Below, in pieces: positions 37,835 to 47,096 of a DNA stretch of 64,000 nt (positions within the stretch are counted from its first letter, which is position 1; every line of letters begins with the position of its first letter). The position numbers and the translations under genes were made by a program. The notes beneath the pieces are model-generated. The model made no database searches, was not told the DNA's origin, and was given only the letters and a program-made list of their open reading frames with translations. The stretch is from Candidatus Collierbacteria bacterium GW2011_GWA2_42_17 (lineage in GTDB: Bacteria; Patescibacteriota; Microgenomatia; UBA1400; MFAQ01): the NCBI GenBank assembly GCA_000998275.1, contig LCDA01000001.1, positions 30,684 to 94,683 on the forward strand, given 5' to 3'.

Positions 37835-39955
37835 TTATGCGGGATTTTTCAATAACTTGGAGGCAATGTTGTTAGGAAGTTCTTGGTAATGACTTGGCTC
37901 CATGTAATAAGAGGCACGTCCGGCGGTAAGTGAACGAATGGCCGTGGCATAGGCAGAGAGTTCGGAAAGAGGAACCGTGGCCGTAATAACACGAGCATTA
38001 CCACGTTGAGCTGTGCCACCAATTTGGGCACGTCTGGCCGAAAGATCACCGATAATATCACCCATGTTGGCTTCCGGGGTAGTAACTTCAACTTTCATAA
38101 TTGGTTCAAGAATAACGGCACCGGCTTGTTTAACGGCGTCTTGAAGAGCCATTGAACCTGCAATTTTGAAGGACATTTCGGAAGAGTCGACTTCGTGGAA
38201 ACTTCCATCAACAACAGCGACGTCGAGGTCTACCATAGGGAAACCGGCGATAAGACCGTTGTCGAGAGCTTCACGAACACCTTTTTCAATAGGATTAATG
38301 AACTCGCGAGGAATGGTTCCACCGACAATTTTATTGGTAAAAGTAAACCCTTCACCACGAGGTTTAGGAGTGACGACTAGAATGGCGTGTCCATACTGAC
38401 CACGACCACCCGATTGACGAATATATTTACCTTCACCCCTAGCTTCTTTGGTGATTGTTTCTCGATAAGCCACTTGAGGAGCACCAGTTGTAGCATCGAC
38501 CTTGAATTCACGACGAAGACGGTCAACAAGAATTTCCAAGTGAAGTTCACCCATACCAGCAATGACGGTTTGACCCGTTTCATGGTTGGTTTTGATTTTA
38601 AAAGTAGGATCTTCTTCAGCTAGACGACCGAGGGCAATGTCGAGTTTTTCTTGATCGGCTTTTGTTTTTGGTTCTATTGCAAGAGAGATAACAGGATCCG
38701 GGAAGTCGATAGATTCGAGAACAATAGGTCGGGTTTCTTCACAGAGAGTGTCCCCTGTCTTGGTGGCCTTAAGACCAACAATGCCGACAATTTCTCCGGC
38801 TCTGGCTTCTTGAATTTCCTCACGAGTGTTGGCATGCATAAGCATCAAGCGACCGAGACGTTCACGTTCGGATTTACTGGCGTTAAAGACGTAAGAACCG
38901 GCAGTAATTTTTCCAGAGTAAAGACGCACATAGGTAACTTTTCCAACGTGGGGGTCGGCTTGAATTTTGAAAGCCAGGCCGACAAAGGATTCGTCTGGAC
39001 TGGGTTTTCTGGTTTCTACCTCACCGGTTTTGGGGTTGGTTCCAGCAGTGTCGGCAATGTCGAGAGGAGAGGGAAGAAAATCAACAACAGCATCAAGGAG
39101 TGGCTGAACACCTTTGTTTCTTAAAGATGAACCAGGAAAAACAGGAACAATTTCGTTGGCAATCGTAGCTCTGCGGAGAGCGGTTTTAAGATCCTTCATG
39201 GAGGGTTCTTCGCCGTTTAGGTATTTTTCCATTAAAGCTTCGTCTGTTTCAACGATAGACTCAACAAGTTTGGCTCTTTCACTCTCACACTCTGCTTCCA
39301 TGTCGGCAGGGAAACCTTCGGTGATGTCGTATTTGGCGCCGGTTTCATCTCCCTGCCAAATGATAGTTTTTTTCTCAAGAAGCATAGCAATTCCCTTGAA
39401 GGTATTTTCGACTCCAATGGGAAGAGCTAGGATGGCGGTTTTGGCTCCAAGTTTTTCATGAACGTCTTTGATGGTAGCCATAAAATCGGCTCCCAAAACG
39501 TCCATTTTGTTAACCAGAGCAATACGAGGAACTTTGTATTTGTCGGCTTGGCGCCAGACGGTTTCGGTCTGAGACTGAACGCCTGAGCCCGCGTCAAGAA
39601 CAATAATTCCTCCGTCGAGAACGCGGAGAGAGCGTTCGACTTCGGCAGTGAAGTCAACGTGTCCGGGAGTGTCGATGATGTTGAAACGACAGTCGTCCTT
39701 GATATTGGCATCCTCTAAAACGGGAGTCCAGAAGGTAGTGGTAGCGGCGGAAACAATGGTAATACCACGTTCGCGCTCTTGGTCCATCCAGTCCATCTGA
39801 GTGTCTCCTTCGTCAATATCACCAATCTTGTAGGTTTTACCGGTGTAAAAAAGGATACGCTCCGTGGTGGTGGTTTTACCAGCATCAATGTGAGCAATGA
39901 CACCGATATTTCTAACATTCTCTAGAGGAACTTGTTTTGAGACGGCTGCGGCCAT
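37835..39955 (-). CDS. fusA: elongation factor G
   Basis: AHIDAGKTTTTE G-domain and domains II-V. Confidence 0.95.
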   Translation of the reverse strand: MAAAVSKQVPLENVRNIGVIAHIDAGKTTTTERILFYTGKTYKIGDIDEGDTQMDWMDQERERGITIVSAATTTFWTPVLEDANIKDDCRFNIIDTPGHVDFTAEVERSLRVLDGGIIVLDAGSGVQSQTETVWRQADKYKVPRIALVNKMDVLGADFMATIKDVHEKLGAKTAILALPIGVENTFKGIAMLLEKKTIIWQGDETGAKYDITEGFPADMEAECESERAKLVESIVETDEALMEKYLNGEEPSMKDLKTALRRATIANEIVPVFPGSSLRNKGVQPLLDAVVDFLPSPLDIADTAGTNPKTGEVETRKPSPDESFVGLAFKIQADPHVGKVTYVRLYSGKITAGSYVFNASKSERERLGRLMLMHANTREEIQEARAGEIVGIVGLKATKTGDTLCEETRPIVLESIDFPDPVISLAIEPKTKADQEKLDIALGRLAEEDPTFKIKTNHETGQTVIAGMGELHLEILVDRLRREFKVDATTGAPQVAYRETITKEARGEGKYIRQSGGRGQYGHAILVVTPKPRGEGFTFTNKIVGGTIPREFINPIEKGVREALDNGLIAGFPMVDLDVAVVDGSFHEVDSSEMSFKIAGSMALQDAVKQAGAVILEPIMKVEVTTPEANMGDIIGDLSARRAQIGGTAQRGNARVITATVPLSELSAYATAIRSLTAGRASYYMEPSHYQELPNNIASKLLKNPA

Positions 39956-39999
39956 ACTTTTTGTTGTTTTTGTTTAATTATTTATTTAGACGAAAGAAA

Positions 40000-40020
40000 C
40001 CTGTCCTTTTCGGGACATAA
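40000..40020 (-). terminator. weak hairpin terminator downstream of helicase gene
   Basis: minus-strand UGUCC-cgaaaa-GGACA followed by GGUUUCUUUCG. Confidence 0.3.
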
Positions 40021-40075
40021 TTTCACGAGCTTAATTTTACCATAACTCCGATTGTTATGGGTAAAAGGGTAATGC

Positions 40076-42172
40076 TTAGCGATGCGATTTATGACGAGAG
40101 TAGTGTTTGGATCGGCCTGATTTGTTTTCGTGATTTAGATGATGTCTGCCCGAAGAGCGATGCAAAAGTTCCGGAGCATAGTCTTTGAGCCACTCCCTCT
40201 TGACTTCAACACAGTTACAAGCAAACGCTTTGCTTTGGGGATTTATGAAAATTTCGTTCGCGACGAGATATGCCCCTTTGGGTAGTAAGTTGTTGAAGTA
40301 AACAGAGCTGGGGTGAATAGAGATATTACTTTTGGTACCATCGATTTTTCTGAGCGTAAATTTGTCGACTTTTTGCATGAGATTACTGATAAGACCGGTG
40401 ATAATAGCTTTGTTGATGACGTCTTTTTTGACTATCGGTTTGGTGTTGGGGTCGATATTAATACCATGACTTGCCAAGATATCCAGAATATCCAAACGAA
40501 CATTTTTGACCTCATCAAGAACTTTTTCATTAAGGAAATTTTGTTTGGCCCACTCATCACTAAAGCCACTTGCCACATAGCCTTTCCAAACATTAAGAAG
40601 AACGATAAAATCCGAGTCATTATTTTTCCTAAACTGTGCATGAGCCTTGTCGGCAAGAAATTCCTGCTCTTTTCCCGACGGTCTAAGAAAGACATTTTTT
40701 CCATCAAGGAACGAGGCGATGATGACAATTTCATTAGCACAATTAAGTTCTGGCTCTAAAGATTCAATAATCATGCGACCTAGGTGTGGTTCTATAGCTA
40801 ATTCAAAAAGCCATTCACCAATTTCGGTTAGTTCATTATTGTCGTCAAAACTTCCAAGTTTGGTCAAGGTTTCATCTGCCCAAGCAAGAAATTCATTACC
40901 GGGGTGATCCATGTAATCAAAAGAGTAAATGTTTTTAATGCCCACTTTTCTCATCGCGAGAACAACCTGACATAAATTGGAACGCTGCATTTCGGGAGTT
41001 TGATACTGAGGACGCCTTTTTAAACTCTCTTCTGTAAACAAACGATAACAGTAACCTGGGGCAGTCCGTCCGGCTCTCCCCTTGCGTTGATTGAGACCGC
41101 TAATGGCGTGTTCGGTAAGAACCAGCTGTTCGATGCCACTGCGAGGATCAAACTGAGTTTGCTTGATCAGACCGGAGTCGATAACATGAATAATGCCGTC
41201 TATCGTGACCGAGGTCTCAGCGATGTTGGTGGCCACGATGATCTTTCTTTTGGGGGTGTTAGTAAAAATTTTGTCTTGATCTTCTGGTGAAAGTTCGGCA
41301 TGTAATGGAAAAATATCGACGGTAGAGTTACCAACTATAGCCTCGATCTTTTCAATGGTATCGATGATTTCCTTTTTTCCTGGCATAAAAATGAGAATGT
41401 CGCCGTCGAGGTGATTATCAATAATCATTTTCACTTTTTCGGCAGCACCTCGGGTAAAGTCGTAGTTAAAAGAATCTTCATCTTCATAAAAAACTTCAAC
41501 TGGATACATTTTGCCGGGAATTTCAACGGAGTTTTCCGTGTCACCGTAACCGATGTACTTAGCAAACCTATTGCGTTCGATGGTGGCGGAAGTAACGACC
41601 ACCCGGATGAGATCAAAACCGGCGTCGTAACGACGTTCGTTAACATCTTTTAAAAGTCCGAGGCAGAGATCAATATTCAGGCTGCGTTCATGGGCTTCAT
41701 CGATCATGATAATGGAATAATCGGTAAGCAAGGGATCAAATTGAATTTTGCGTAGAAGAATACCGTCGGTCATAAAAGTAATGTCTGTTGCGTCTGTCGT
41801 AACATTTTCAAAACGAATGTGGTAGCCAACTTGGTCCCCTACTGGACACTGCATCATTTCGGAGACGCGACTGGTAACGCTTGTAGTGGCAAGTCTTCTG
41901 GGCTGGGTTACGGCAATACTACCTTTGAGACCGAGCTCGTTTCTCAGCTCGAGCAATAAAGGAGGAAGACAGGTGGTTTTGCCCGAACCTGTCTCGCCAA
42001 TGAGAACAAAATTAGGATGACGTCTGATCTCTTCTCTTAGATACTCTCTTAATTTGGCTACAGGAAGCTGATCCAGATTTTCCAGAGCATACTCAGACGA
42101 ACGGTTATATTGTATATTTTCGATTGTTTTTAGGGCCATCTTAAGAAATATTTTGCTGAGGTAGATTAACAC
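40076..42172 (-). CDS. DEAH-box ATP-dependent RNA helicase (HrpA/HrpB family)
   Basis: GETGSGKTT, DEAHERS, SATI, TNIAETSvTIDG, QRkGRAGR motifs plus HA2/OB C-terminal region; basic His/Arg-rich tail. Confidence 0.8.
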   Translation of the reverse strand: MLIYLSKIFLKMALKTIENIQYNRSSEYALENLDQLPVAKLREYLREEIRRHPNFVLIGETGSGKTTCLPPLLLELRNELGLKGSIAVTQPRRLATTSVTSRVSEMMQCPVGDQVGYHIRFENVTTDATDITFMTDGILLRKIQFDPLLTDYSIIMIDEAHERSLNIDLCLGLLKDVNERRYDAGFDLIRVVVTSATIERNRFAKYIGYGDTENSVEIPGKMYPVEVFYEDEDSFNYDFTRGAAEKVKMIIDNHLDGDILIFMPGKKEIIDTIEKIEAIVGNSTVDIFPLHAELSPEDQDKIFTNTPKRKIIVATNIAETSVTIDGIIHVIDSGLIKQTQFDPRSGIEQLVLTEHAISGLNQRKGRAGRTAPGYCYRLFTEESLKRRPQYQTPEMQRSNLCQVVLAMRKVGIKNIYSFDYMDHPGNEFLAWADETLTKLGSFDDNNELTEIGEWLFELAIEPHLGRMIIESLEPELNCANEIVIIASFLDGKNVFLRPSGKEQEFLADKAHAQFRKNNDSDFIVLLNVWKGYVASGFSDEWAKQNFLNEKVLDEVKNVRLDILDILASHGINIDPNTKPIVKKDVINKAIITGLISNLMQKVDKFTLRKIDGTKSNISIHPSSVYFNNLLPKGAYLVANEIFINPQSKAFACNCVEVKREWLKDYAPELLHRSSGRHHLNHENKSGRSKHYSRHKSHR

Positions 42173-42231
42173 AGAAAGAAGAAATAAAATAGCGCCCGTA
42201 AGGGCGCTAAGTAGTTTGGGAAGATTTTTCC

Positions 42232-42486
42232 CTAGTTTGAATTTGCCAGAAGAGAGATATCTTCGCCGATGTCACTGAGAGTTCTCGAGATATCATCGAG
42301 GTGGTCTTTAATCTCGAGAAGGGTTCTATCTTTGGTCAGATGTTTTAGGCCACAGTCATTTCTTTGAGAGTCCCACATTTGACACCGGAATTCTTGACAG
42401 TCAAGAAACGTTGTGCCTCTTACCTGATCAACAGAATTTTTCCCTCCATTACTGATTAGTGCTGCAGCGATTAGTGGGCACCACAT
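42232..42486 (-). CDS. hypothetical small Cys-containing protein (84 aa)
   Basis: ORF immediately upstream of, and co-oriented with, the helicase; four Cys (C3,C30,C35,C45); no recognisable domain. Confidence 0.35.
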   Translation of the reverse strand: MWCPLIAAALISNGGKNSVDQVRGTTFLDCQEFRCQMWDSQRNDCGLKHLTKDRTLLEIKDHLDDISRTLSDIGEDISLLANSN

Positions 42487-42535
42487 TTTTCCTCCTCTGA
42501 AAGTGCAAGATTTGGGGATATTTTAGCACAGGGTA

Positions 42536-42568
42536 ACAAAAAGCCTCCCGGAGGAGGCTTTTTTGTTT
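42536..42568. terminator. bidirectional intrinsic terminator downstream of rpsG
   Basis: AAAAA-GCCTCC-cgga-GGAGGC-TTTTTTGTTTT. Confidence 0.6.
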
Positions 42569-42591
42569 TAGATTATTAATCTCATTACCAT

Positions 42592-43068
42592 TTACCATCT
42601 AAAGTGAGCGAAGGCTTTGTTGGCCTCAGCCATTTTGTGAGTGTCAAGCTTTTTCTTTATAGCGGCACCGGTATTTTCGTGAGCTTCCATAATTTCGGCG
42701 GCGAGTTTATCGGCTAAAGTTCTCGTGGGGTTATTTGATCTGGCTTTGGCGGCGTTTAAAACCCAACGAATAGCGAGAGAGTCACGGCGTTCGGGCCTTA
42801 TGGGAGTAGGAACCTGATAAGAGGCACCACCAACACGACGGGAACGAACCTCAATTGTAGGCTTAACATTTTCCATGGCTTCAGTAAGGTACTCGAGACC
42901 GTTTTTACCGGACTGTTGTGCAATAAGGTCGATGGCTGTGTAGATTTGTTTAGCGGCGATGGATTTTTTACCTTCGAGCATACAGCCGTTGATAATCTTG
43001 GAAACCAACTCGCTACCATAGATTGGATCGAGCTGGATTTTTTTGGCGTGTGTTTTCTTAGATCTCAT
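42592..43068 (-). CDS. rpsG: 30S ribosomal protein S7
   Basis: S7 family similarity. Confidence 0.9.
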   Translation of the reverse strand: MRSKKTHAKKIQLDPIYGSELVSKIINGCMLEGKKSIAAKQIYTAIDLIAQQSGKNGLEYLTEAMENVKPTIEVRSRRVGGASYQVPTPIRPERRDSLAIRWVLNAAKARSNNPTRTLADKLAAEIMEAHENTGAAIKKKLDTHKMAEANKAFAHFRW

Positions 43069-43073
43069 ATATA

Positions 43074-43490
43074 TTATTTAGCACTAGGACGTTTGGTACC
43101 GTATTTACTACGACTGGTTCTGCGTTTTTCGATACCGCCGGTGTCGAGCTTGCCGCGAATAATGTGGTACTTGACACCTGGAAGGTCACGAACACGACCA
43201 CCACGGATCATAACGATACTGTGTTCGGCCAAGTTGTGTCCTTCACCCATGATATAGGCAGTGACTTCTTGTTTGTTTGATAGTCTGACGCGAGCGATCT
43301 TACGCAAAGCAGAGTTTGGTTTCTTGGGGGTCATAGTTTTGACCTGAAGACAGACTCCGGCTTTTTGAGGAGACTGAGTCTCGACCATACGTCGTTTGAT
43401 AGAGTTAAAACTCTTACGGAGAGCGGTCGTTTTCACTTTGCGCGCAGTTGTGATGCGGCCGTGTTTGATTAATTGGTTGGTTGTAGGCAT
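43074..43490 (-). CDS. rpsL: 30S ribosomal protein S12
   Basis: [12 protein letters not shown]... PNSALRKvaRVRL. Confidence 0.95.
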   Translation of the reverse strand: MPTTNQLIKHGRITTARKVKTTALRKSFNSIKRRMVETQSPQKAGVCLQVKTMTPKKPNSALRKIARVRLSNKQEVTAYIMGEGHNLAEHSIVMIRGGRVRDLPGVKYHIIRGKLDTGGIEKRRTSRSKYGTKRPSAK

Positions 43491-43509
43491 ATTTCAGATG
43501 TGTATTTTA

Positions 43510-46500
43510 TCAGATATTCTCGATTTTTGCTCTCAGCTTGCTCGTAGGGACCAAGCGACCAATGATGACATTTTCCTTCATACCAATAAGATGATCGATC
43601 TTGCCTTGAACCGCAGCGTCGGTTAACACGGAAGTGGTGTCTTGGAAAGAGGCGGCAGAGAGCCAAGAATCGGTATGAAGAGCGGCTCTAATAGCACCAA
43701 GAATTAGATTGGTGGCAGTAGCTGGTTCTCCACCCTGGGCAATGATTGCTTCATTGGCCATTTCGTAAGATCCTCGACTGATAACATCTCCGGCAACAAG
43801 TGCGGTGTCGCCAACGGCGTCAATACGAACGTAGTCACACATCTTGCGAAGGATAACCTCAAAGTGTTTGTCATGAATACTGATACCCTGTGACTCGTAG
43901 ATTGACTGAATTTCGCCGATGAGATAGTTTTGAGTAGCTCTGAGACCTTTGATCTTTAAGAGCTGTTTAATGTCTACACCACCAGAAGCCAGTTGAGTAC
44001 CAACAGAGATCAAGTCACCATCGGCTACTTTGAGAGACATGGCCAGAGGAACGAGATATTCTTTACGGTCGTCCTTTTTACCACCAGGAGTGACGGTAAC
44101 AAGATTACCGTTTTCGGTTTCAACAACTTTGACTTTTCCAGATACTTCGGAAATAGGGGCAACAAGTTTAGGGGTACGAACTTCCAAAAGTTCGGTGACA
44201 CGAGGAAGGCCCTGGGTAACGTCGACACCAGCGGCACCTCCGGAGTGTTTAGTACGCATAGTTAACTGAGTACCTGGCTCGCCGATGGATTGAGCGGCGA
44301 TAACACCAACAGGATCACCAATAATAGCGAGAGTGTTGGTGGCTGTGTTGTGACCATAACACTTGGCACAGAGACCGAAACGAAGTTTACAAGTAATGGG
44401 TGATCTAACTTCGACTTCTTTGACCCCGGCGGCTTCGATAGCGGCAGCAATTTCTTCGGTAATCAACTCACCAGCATCAACTAAAACTTTTTTAGTGACA
44501 GGAGAGATTACTTTTTTGACGGCATAACGATAAACGATACGCTTGCCAAAAATCTTGCCTCTTTCCTCGGCGAGAATGGTGATGAACTCATCGGTACCAC
44601 AGTCTTCGGCACGGATAACAGCGTCGTGACTGACATCAACCAAACGGCGAGTCAAGTAACCTGCGTCTGCGGTACGGAGAGCAGTATCGGTGAGACCCTT
44701 TCTGGAACCTCTGATGGAAGTAACATACTCGAAGATTGAAAGACCTTCACGGAAGTTACCCTTGATAGGAAGTTCAATAAGGTTACCTAGAGGATCAGCA
44801 ATAAGTCCACGCATGGCGGAAAGCTGTTCGATGGAGTTTTTGGTAACACGTCCTGAAGCCGAGTCGATAACGAGGCGAATTGGATTGGTTTTGGAGAAAG
44901 TCTGCCAGGTTTTTTCGGCCAGGTCGGCGGCGGTTTCACGCCACATATTGATGGTGAGTTTACTTCTTTCACTGTTGGTGATCAAACCGAGTTTATAGTT
45001 TTCTTCGATCTCTTCGGCTTTTTTGTTTCCGGCGGCGATGAGCTCGGCTTTTTGAGGGAAGACTTCGTTATCGGAGATGGCAAATGAGAAACTACTGATG
45101 GTAGCGTACTCAAAACCAATACTCTTGACGGCGTCGATTAATTTGACAACGCGTTTAGTGTCGACGGTTTTGATAGCACGAGTAAAGAAGGCGGAGATCT
45201 CTTTTCCTGTAAGACTCTTGTTTTGGAATTCCCATTCCTTGGGAAGAATCTCGTTGAAGATGATACGGCCAACGGTAGTGTTGGTCATTTCCATTTTTTC
45301 CGGGTCAAGCCTAACATCGATTGGCTGACGAACTTCAATAACTTTGACACTTTGTCCAGATGAAGGCTTAAGAAGGTTGAACTGAGGCAGCATAAATTTC
45401 TTGGCTTCACGGATAGCTTTTTTGGTTAGAGGAACGTGAACAGCCATCTGGTCACCATCAAAGTCAGCGTTGAAACCTTCACAGACGACCGGGTGCAAGC
45501 GAATAGCAGAACCGTCGACCAGTACTGGTAAGAAAGCGAGAATGGAGAGTTTGTGAAGTGTAGGAGCACGGTTTAGAAGAATCGGGTGCTTTTTGGTAAT
45601 TCTTTCCAAGATATCAAAGACTTCAGGCTGGCGTTTTTCAATCAAAGCCTTGGCGGCTTTAACGTTTGGAGCCAAGTCCTGTTTGATGATCTCGTGAAGC
45701 ACGAAGGGCTTGAACATTTCAAGAGCCATGTCCTTGGGAAGACCACATTGGTTAAGTTTGAGCTCTGGTCCAACGATAATAACACTACGTCCGGAGTAGT
45801 CGACGCGTTTTCCGAGGAGATTTTGACGGAAGCGGCCTTGTTTTCCACGAAGCATGTCGGAAAGAGATTTAAGGGTTTTGCCGGTTCTGGATCTTCTGGT
45901 AGAGCGGGCTTGAGAAGAGTCGATGAGAGAGTCAACGGCTTCCTGAAGCATGCGTTTTTCGTTTCTGAGAATGATTTCAGGTGCACCCAGATCAATAAGG
46001 TGTTTCAAACGATTGTTGCGGTTTATTACACGGCGATAGAGATCGTTGAGATCCGAGGCGGCAAAACGGCCACCCGAGAGCTGAACCATAGGGCGAAGAT
46101 CTGGAGGAATAACGGGGAGAACTTCGAGAACCATCCATTCAGGTTTGACCTTAGAGTCAAGCAGTCCCCTGACAACCTGAAGGCGTTTAGTAGCACGGAG
46201 ACGTTTGGCTTCGGAGTTTGAGAGAGACTCTTCTTTGAGTTTAACGGCCATTTCCTCGAGATTAACTTTTTTGAGAGCTTCCAAAATTGCTTCCGAACCC
46301 ATACCGGCAGTCATCCAGTCTACGAGGTTGTATTCGGCAAGTTTGGCGTATTCAGAGTCGGAGAGAAGCGAGTTGACCTGAATTCTTTCGATAATAACGG
46401 CCAGTTTGCTATAGATTTCTTCGGTGAAGGCTAGTTCCACAACCATTTGCTCTCTGAGACTGGCTATTTTTTGTTTGGCCTCAACTTTTAGATCTTCTGA

Positions 46501-47091
46501 TTTTAGTTCTCGCTCGTCTTTGGCTTTGGATTTTTTCTTAACTTCGGCCAGTTCTTTTTGACCTTCTTTTTTGACATCTTCAATCTGTTTGTCAAAATTG
46601 GAACGGACTTCTTCGAGCTTGGTTTCCTTTTGAGCAGCGATGTCTTTTTGAGCAGCTTCTCTTTTTTCTTCATCAATAGACATGATGAGGAATTTACTAA
46701 AGTAAATTACAGAAGTAAGAGCCTTGGGGGAAATATCTAAGAGTAATGATAGTTTTGACGGAGCCCCTTTGAAGAACCATACGTGAGCAACGGGAGCGGC
46801 AAGGTTGATGTGACCCATGCGTTCACGACGAACACGACTGAGGGTAACTTCGACACCACATTTGTCACAGACAATACCCTTGAAACGGACGCGTTTGTAT
46901 TTACCACAGTAACACTCCCAGTCTTTTACCGGACCAAAGATTCTTTCGCAGAAGAGACCATCTTTTTCTGGTTTTTGAGTACGATAATTAATGGTTTCCG
47001 GTTTGGTGACTAAACCATGGGACCATTTTTTGATGTCATCCGGACTGGCAAGCCTTATTTGTAAACCTGAGAAATCGACAATGTTGTTCAT
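43510..47091 (-). CDS. rpoC: DNA-directed RNA polymerase subunit beta-prime
   Basis: zinc-binding CxxC N-terminus, NADFDGDQMAVH catalytic motif. Confidence 0.95.
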   Translation of the reverse strand: MNNIVDFSGLQIRLASPDDIKKWSHGLVTKPETINYRTQKPEKDGLFCERIFGPVKDWECYCGKYKRVRFKGIVCDKCGVEVTLSRVRRERMGHINLAAPVAHVWFFKGAPSKLSLLLDISPKALTSVIYFSKFLIMSIDEEKREAAQKDIAAQKETKLEEVRSNFDKQIEDVKKEGQKELAEVKKKSKAKDERELKSEDLKVEAKQKIASLREQMVVELAFTEEIYSKLAVIIERIQVNSLLSDSEYAKLAEYNLVDWMTAGMGSEAILEALKKVNLEEMAVKLKEESLSNSEAKRLRATKRLQVVRGLLDSKVKPEWMVLEVLPVIPPDLRPMVQLSGGRFAASDLNDLYRRVINRNNRLKHLIDLGAPEIILRNEKRMLQEAVDSLIDSSQARSTRRSRTGKTLKSLSDMLRGKQGRFRQNLLGKRVDYSGRSVIIVGPELKLNQCGLPKDMALEMFKPFVLHEIIKQDLAPNVKAAKALIEKRQPEVFDILERITKKHPILLNRAPTLHKLSILAFLPVLVDGSAIRLHPVVCEGFNADFDGDQMAVHVPLTKKAIREAKKFMLPQFNLLKPSSGQSVKVIEVRQPIDVRLDPEKMEMTNTTVGRIIFNEILPKEWEFQNKSLTGKEISAFFTRAIKTVDTKRVVKLIDAVKSIGFEYATISSFSFAISDNEVFPQKAELIAAGNKKAEEIEENYKLGLITNSERSKLTINMWRETAADLAEKTWQTFSKTNPIRLVIDSASGRVTKNSIEQLSAMRGLIADPLGNLIELPIKGNFREGLSIFEYVTSIRGSRKGLTDTALRTADAGYLTRRLVDVSHDAVIRAEDCGTDEFITILAEERGKIFGKRIVYRYAVKKVISPVTKKVLVDAGELITEEIAAAIEAAGVKEVEVRSPITCKLRFGLCAKCYGHNTATNTLAIIGDPVGVIAAQSIGEPGTQLTMRTKHSGGAAGVDVTQGLPRVTELLEVRTPKLVAPISEVSGKVKVVETENGNLVTVTPGGKKDDRKEYLVPLAMSLKVADGDLISVGTQLASGGVDIKQLLKIKGLRATQNYLIGEIQSIYESQGISIHDKHFEVILRKMCDYVRIDAVGDTALVAGDVISRGSYEMANEAIIAQGGEPATATNLILGAIRAALHTDSWLSAASFQDTTSVLTDAAVQGKIDHLIGMKENVIIGRLVPTSKLRAKIENI

Positions 47092-47096
47092 ATTTT

